From: an uncultured Gammaproteobacteria bacterium
GTDB lineage: Bacteria > Patescibacteriota > Microgenomatia > Levybacterales > UBA12049
Length of the DNA: 64,000 nucleotides
Reading direction: 5' to 3'
NCBI GenBank assembly: GCA_964653195.1
Contig: CAZZCX010000002.1
Location: 10,921 to 74,920 of the forward strand
The notes beneath the pieces are model-generated. The model worked only from the letters and a program-made list of their open reading frames with translations, was not told where the DNA came from and searched no databases. The translations under genes and the position numbers were made by a program. Below are positions 60,022 to 64,000 of the stretch, piece by piece; the stretch's first letter is position 1; the number at the start of each line of letters is the position of its first letter.

Positions 60022-60293
60022 TTTACATTTTCACTTTTCAGGTTACCAATTTCTTCCTTAACTTGATCTAAATTTGTTTCTAAATCGTCAACTGCATTAT
60101 CAGTTTTCTTCTTAACTTGAGCTGATGTTTTTTCAGCCCATTCTTTCACTTTCTTTATACTCTTTTTTACATATTCCTGATTTTTTTTATCTTTTAAAGC
60201 TACTGCAGCAGCTCCAATTACCATTCCAACTGCTATACCTTTTGCCTTTGATAAATTATTTGATTCAGAATTATTCTTATTATTATCTTTCAT
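60018..60293 (-). CDS. YtxH/LEA-like small stress protein
   Basis: GIAVGMVIGAAAVAL.DK followed by a charged amphipathic tail; SD AGGGAGGTGA. Confidence 0.65.
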   Translation of the reverse strand: MKDNNKNNSESNNLSKAKGIAVGMVIGAAAVALKDKKNQEYVKKSIKKVKEWAEKTSAQVKKKTDNAVDDLETNLDQVKEEIGNLKSENVN

Positions 60294-60326
60294 AAAGCAT
60301 TCACCTCCCTAGCTTGTCACATACAT

Positions 60327-60578
60327 CTAAGTACTTCTTAAAGCACGTGACCCAAAAAGCAACATAAGCGAACCACCAACAGCAACTATAAATGAAGCTA
60401 TATCAAAACCTGTAACTGTCGCGCCAAATATAAAATTTGCTAAAAATCCGCCTATCAAAGAACCAATAATACCTAAAAATATTGCACCCAATACCCCACC
60501 ATGACTTTCCGTTGGATCAATAGAATTTGCCACAATTCCTACAATAAGACCAAATAAAATCCAAGATAAAATATTCAT
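60327..60578 (-). CDS. GlsB/YeaQ/YmgE-family stress-response membrane protein
   Basis: WILFGLIVG..A, LGIIGSLIGG, SFIVAVGGS.MLL. Confidence 0.9.
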   Translation of the reverse strand: MNILSWILFGLIVGIVANSIDPTESHGGVLGAIFLGIIGSLIGGFLANFIFGATVTGFDIASFIVAVGGSLMLLFGSRALRST

Positions 60579-60595
60579 ATTTCTTTTACACCCCC

Positions 60596-60644
60596 CTAAT
60601 AACTAATATCTAATATCTAATATCTAGTAACTAGTAACTAGTAA
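60596..60644. repeat. Composite heptamer array CTAATAA (CTAATAT)x3 (CTAGTAA)x3
   Basis: Read directly; abuts the SD of the 60578 gene. Confidence 0.92.
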
Positions 60645-60738
60645 CTGAATTAAGTATTAAGTATCTTTATTTTTTAGATTAGTATTAAATTTGAATCTAA
60701 TATAATGTCAGAAAATATAAATCATAAAATGTAACACA

Positions 60739-60772
60739 TACAACAGCAGCTGCTTAAGCAGCTGAAGTTGTA
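60739..60772. terminator. Hairpin downstream of the KGG gene (terminator or mRNA stabiliser)
   Basis: Perfect 18-bp palindrome CAGCTGCTTAAGCAGCTG (60747-64) extended by TACAAC/GTTGTA. Confidence 0.6.
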
Positions 60773-60787
60773 AAACATGAAAACTTC

Positions 60788-60973
60788 TTATGCTTCTTTT
60801 TGATGACGAGCACGTCCTCCTTTTCTGCCTGCAGCTCGCGCCTCATCAGACGTCCACTTATGAGCAGTTCCTTTTCTGTGTGCTGTCTTACCTCCTTTGC
60901 TTGCTATCAAACGTTGTTTATCTTTATTCATTGATGCAAACCCGCGACTGCTTTTTCCTTTTTTATTCGCCAT
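60788..60973 (-). CDS. KGG-motif general stress protein (GsiB/YciG/Con-10-like)
   Basis: RGFASM..DKQR.IASKGG, H.WTSDEARAAGRKGG; SD GGGGGGTGA before ATG 60973. Confidence 0.92.
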   Translation of the reverse strand: MANKKGKSSRGFASMNKDKQRLIASKGGKTAHRKGTAHKWTSDEARAAGRKGGRARHQKEA

Positions 60974-61119
60974 AATGATATTCACCCCCCTTCATATAAT
61001 TAATATATCTATAATCTACACCTCATCGATGAGAGTTCTAAGAATAACATGTAAGGAATGAGAAAGAATTATAGAGCTAATAGAGACTTTGATTTCCGCT
61101 TCTAATTTACTAATCAAAT

Positions 61120-61467
61120 TTAGCTCACTATATCCCCGTCGATTATGTTAGCGTGATATTTCTCAAGTATGCTCATATTTTTCGTATTGGCTTTAAACAA
61201 AACATCAGTTAAATCACCAATGAGCGGGAAAATTCCTATCAAAAAATCTACCACTACGTTTTTCACCATTTCTATTATTTTTTCCTGAGGTAAATGTATT
61301 TGTATTCCAATCCACACTAAATATAAAGATAGAATAGTTGTAAAAATATCTCCAAATCCTGGAATTAATCCGAGAATTGGATCTAAACCAAACTTGAATT
61401 TCCCGATACTAAACTTATTTTCTAATAAATCGGTTAGAACTTTAGCAAACTTAATATGTTGCTCCAT
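61120..61467 (-). CDS. DUF4112-family membrane protein
   Basis: FGLDPILGLIPGFGD, N..VD..IG.FPLIGD..D.LFKAN.KN. Confidence 0.88.
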   Translation of the reverse strand: MEQHIKFAKVLTDLLENKFSIGKFKFGLDPILGLIPGFGDIFTTILSLYLVWIGIQIHLPQEKIIEMVKNVVVDFLIGIFPLIGDLTDVLFKANTKNMSILEKYHANIIDGDIVS

Positions 61468-61587
61468 AAGTAGAAAGTGATAAATTTTTCTGATATTAAC
61501 ATATAAAAGTAAGAGATATGAAAGAAGACGTAACAAATTATAACTTGCTATTTATTAACCTACTGTTATAATTACACAGATATCATT

Positions 61588-62175
61588 ATGAGGTTGAATA
61601 ATAAAGATACACGTACTTTTCTATCTTTTATTATCATCCTCTTTTTTTTAGCGACTGGTAGCACTAAGTTAAATGAATATTTACCGCCACAGCTAAAAAA
61701 AATAATTTATTTACCTTCACCTACGACGAATCCTCAAATCCAAGGAACATCATCGGATAAATCGAATCTTCAAAAAGAAGTAGTAAAAGTCATACGAATA
61801 ATAGATGGGGATACTATTCAACTTGAAGATGGAAGAAAACTGCGATACATAGGCATTGACACACCTGAAATGACAGATCCGAGGAAGGGTATGGAATGTT
61901 ATGGAAAAGAATCGTCAAAACGTAATCATGAACTGGTTTTTGGTAAAAATATTCGTATCGAAAAAGATGTATCTGAAACTGATAGGTATAAAAGAATTTT
62001 AAGATATGTCTATATTGATGAAACTATGATAAATGAGCTATTGGTAAAAGAAGGATACGCCCTTGCTTCATCTTATCCTCCTGATATTAAATATCAGAAT
62101 ATCCTTATGAAAGCACAAGAAGTAGCAAAAGCAAATAAAAGCGGATTATGGGGTAATTGTATTACTACTTTTTAA
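61588..62175 (+). CDS. Secreted or anchored thermonuclease (SNase-like)
   Basis: IIDGDTI, RYIGIDTPE, DRYKRILRYV, NELLVKEGYA, GLWG. Confidence 0.93.
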   Translation: MRLNNKDTRTFLSFIIILFFLATGSTKLNEYLPPQLKKIIYLPSPTTNPQIQGTSSDKSNLQKEVVKVIRIIDGDTIQLEDGRKLRYIGIDTPEMTDPRKGMECYGKESSKRNHELVFGKNIRIEKDVSETDRYKRILRYVYIDETMINELLVKEGYALASSYPPDIKYQNILMKAQEVAKANKSGLWGNCITTF

Positions 62176-63348
62176 TTTTCGCATATTCAACTTCTTTCCT
62201 GGTAGTACGATAATTTGGATAATCAAAAAAAGCAATAACAGAACACCCATCCACGATGCAATATTTTTTGCAGAATAAACCTCAGATAATGCCCCAATAA
62301 AATATGCAAAGAATACGTATGGAATGTTTCGCAGCATATTAAAAACAGATAGAGTTGTAGTACGATATTTAGATTCTGTTACAGAGTTTATACCAATTGA
62401 TACAAAATTTAAATAAATTATCTGTAAACTTGAGCGTATTATAAGACTTAAACCACCTAAATATTTACCGGAAAGAGGAGAAATAATTAAAGTAAAGGCT
62501 AGCATAGTTCCTATTATTAAAACTGCCTGGTATTCTTTAAACGCTTTTTTTAACCAAGGTGTCAAACGAGATGAAAGCGATGAAATTAATAGTACGAAAG
62601 CCCAAAATATTCCCTGCTCCTCGATGCCAAAACCGAATTCTATTCCTAAAAAAGCATTTATCATTTCGTCTGCTATCACAACAATTATTCCAATAGATAA
62701 TAATAAGAACGTTTGTCGTACAATATTTTTGGATTTGAATAACTCAAACATAGCATGCTTAACCTGATAGATGCTATTTCTGATAGTGAATTTTTCAGAA
62801 TCAATTTTAGGCTCGGTTAAAAAGAGACAAAATATAAAAGCTATTATATACCCAATTGCTGAGCTTAAAGTCGGTAAAGGCGGCCACATCTTATACATAA
62901 ATCCGCCTATAATACTACATATAGCAATTGCGAAAAGACTAATTGCATTTATATTTGAAACTACTTTTGTGTAAACCGATTCTTTATTGATCTGTTTTAA
63001 AGAATCATAAATTATTGCCTCAAATGTTCCAGAATAAAAACTTACACCAACTCCAGCTATAAAAACTCCAATAATTAAATTGGGAAGACTAGGAACCAAC
63101 GCAAGTATTAAAATTCCCACAGCCTGAAGAAAAAATGACAATAACAATGAATGTTTCTTACCTAGTAAATCTGCTATTATTCCTGTCGGAATCTCACTTA
63201 AAATAAATGATGTAATCAAAGATGTTTCAATAAGTGCAATTCCTGCGTAGTTGGTATATAACAAATAGTAAAATACCCAGATGCCAAACCAAAACCAAGT
63301 GTAACGAAAAAAGCATATAAGATAAGCAAGCTTTATATTTCTCTCCAT
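62146..63348 (-). CDS. MFS transporter
   Basis: EIPTGIIADLLGKK, SGTFEAIIYDSL, YRTTTLS. Confidence 0.9.
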   Translation of the reverse strand: MERNIKLAYLICFFRYTWFWFGIWVFYYLLYTNYAGIALIETSLITSFILSEIPTGIIADLLGKKHSLLLSFFLQAVGILILALVPSLPNLIIGVFIAGVGVSFYSGTFEAIIYDSLKQINKESVYTKVVSNINAISLFAIAICSIIGGFMYKMWPPLPTLSSAIGYIIAFIFCLFLTEPKIDSEKFTIRNSIYQVKHAMFELFKSKNIVRQTFLLLSIGIIVVIADEMINAFLGIEFGFGIEEQGIFWAFVLLISSLSSRLTPWLKKAFKEYQAVLIIGTMLAFTLIISPLSGKYLGGLSLIIRSSLQIIYLNFVSIGINSVTESKYRTTTLSVFNMLRNIPYVFFAYFIGALSEVYSAKNIASWMGVLLLLFLIIQIIVLPGKKLNMRKLKSSNTITP

Positions 63349-63427
63349 TTTGCTAAGTATAACATGGAGGAGGATTTGCTAGAAAACTCGATAATTTAAG
63401 ATTTCTCTAGTCTGAAAATGGATTTTA

Positions 63428-64000
63428 CTAAGTTGAAACAATCTCTATCTCTATTCCCTTTAAAAAATCCATTACTCCTTGGCCTGTTTTCGCAGAAACA
63501 TAAAAACGCACATTGTTTGGATAAAGATCATTTAATATTACTTTATCATTTTCACTAAGCATTTCAGATTTATTAAATAAATTAATTTTTTTTGTGTTCT
63601 TTAACCCAAGTTCATTTAAAATTTGCTCTACAATAGCAATCTTTTTATACATTTCTTTATCAGATGCATCGATAACATGTACCAGAATATCAGCATGAAT
63701 AGATTCTATAAGGGTTGACTTAAATGCATCAATTAATTGAGTTGGTAAATCACGAATAAAGCCTATGGTATCGCTTACCAAAATTTCTTTACCGCTTACT
63801 GGTAAAAAGATTTTTCCTACTACGCTATCTAAAGTAACAAATAAAGCGTTCTTTACTGATTTATTTTTTTTAGTAAGTAAATTGAATAAGGTTGTTTTAC
63901 CAGCATTTGTATAACCTACCAAAGACACTGTTTTCAAACCAATCCTTCTTCTGTGAGCAAGTTGTTGCTTTTTTTCAATTGTTAACTTTTCAAGCTTATC
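63428..64000 (-). CDS. hflX: GTPase HflX, 3' part (5' end lies beyond the window)
   Basis: VGYTNAGKTTLFN, LFVTLD, SDTIGFIRDLP.QLIDAFKSTL, NKSE; frame open to 64000. Confidence 0.95.
   Translation of the reverse strand, partial: DKLEKLTIEKKQQLAHRRRIGLKTVSLVGYTNAGKTTLFNLLTKKNKSVKNALFVTLDSVVGKIFLPVSGKEILVSDTIGFIRDLPTQLIDAFKSTLIESIHADILVHVIDASDKEMYKKIAIVEQILNELGLKNTKKINLFNKSEMLSENDKVILNDLYPNNVRFYVSAKTGQGVMDFLKGIEIEIVST

Noticed and set aside
2035-62974. Many 60-110 aa ORFs nested in or antisense to long genes (e.g. 2035, 3427, 4037, 12139, 22724, 30828, 45354, 49794, 53711, 58527, 62771)
   Set aside because: Fully overlap well-supported genes, carry no motifs, and are expected as shadows of hydrophobic AT-rich coding DNA

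Overview
An AT-rich bacterial window read with the standard code. Gene content (stacked GT-C glycosyltransferases, DUF5652, a dockerin-like secreted protein, mostly SD-less genes) suggests a Patescibacteria/CPR genome, probably Microgenomates; this is inference, not a search result. Bases 1-34 kb hold a mostly minus-strand cell-surface glycosylation cluster: about 11 GT-C membrane glycosyltransferases, 8 GT2, 1 GT4, a flippase and an ABC exporter. At 35.3-36.1 kb is a tRNA-Glu(CTC) locus that looks colonised by minimal GIY-YIG nuclease elements. A promoter-proximal copy of the tRNA 5' end is split by a 50-nt twin hairpin. An intact GIY-YIG ORF follows and its last codons are the 5' end of the real tRNA. 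After the tRNA come a second twin-hairpin insert with a 7-bp direct repeat and an unannotated GIY-YIG pseudogene. Bases 36-52 kb are housekeeping and accessory genes (MFS, NUDIX, beta-CASP nuclease, RRM protein, IMPase, Lon). Bases 52-61.5 kb are a signalling and general-stress island whose promoters share 11-bp-periodic CTTAC boxes. The window ends in a thermonuclease, an MFS transporter and a partial hflX. All product calls come from motif recognition, not database searches.
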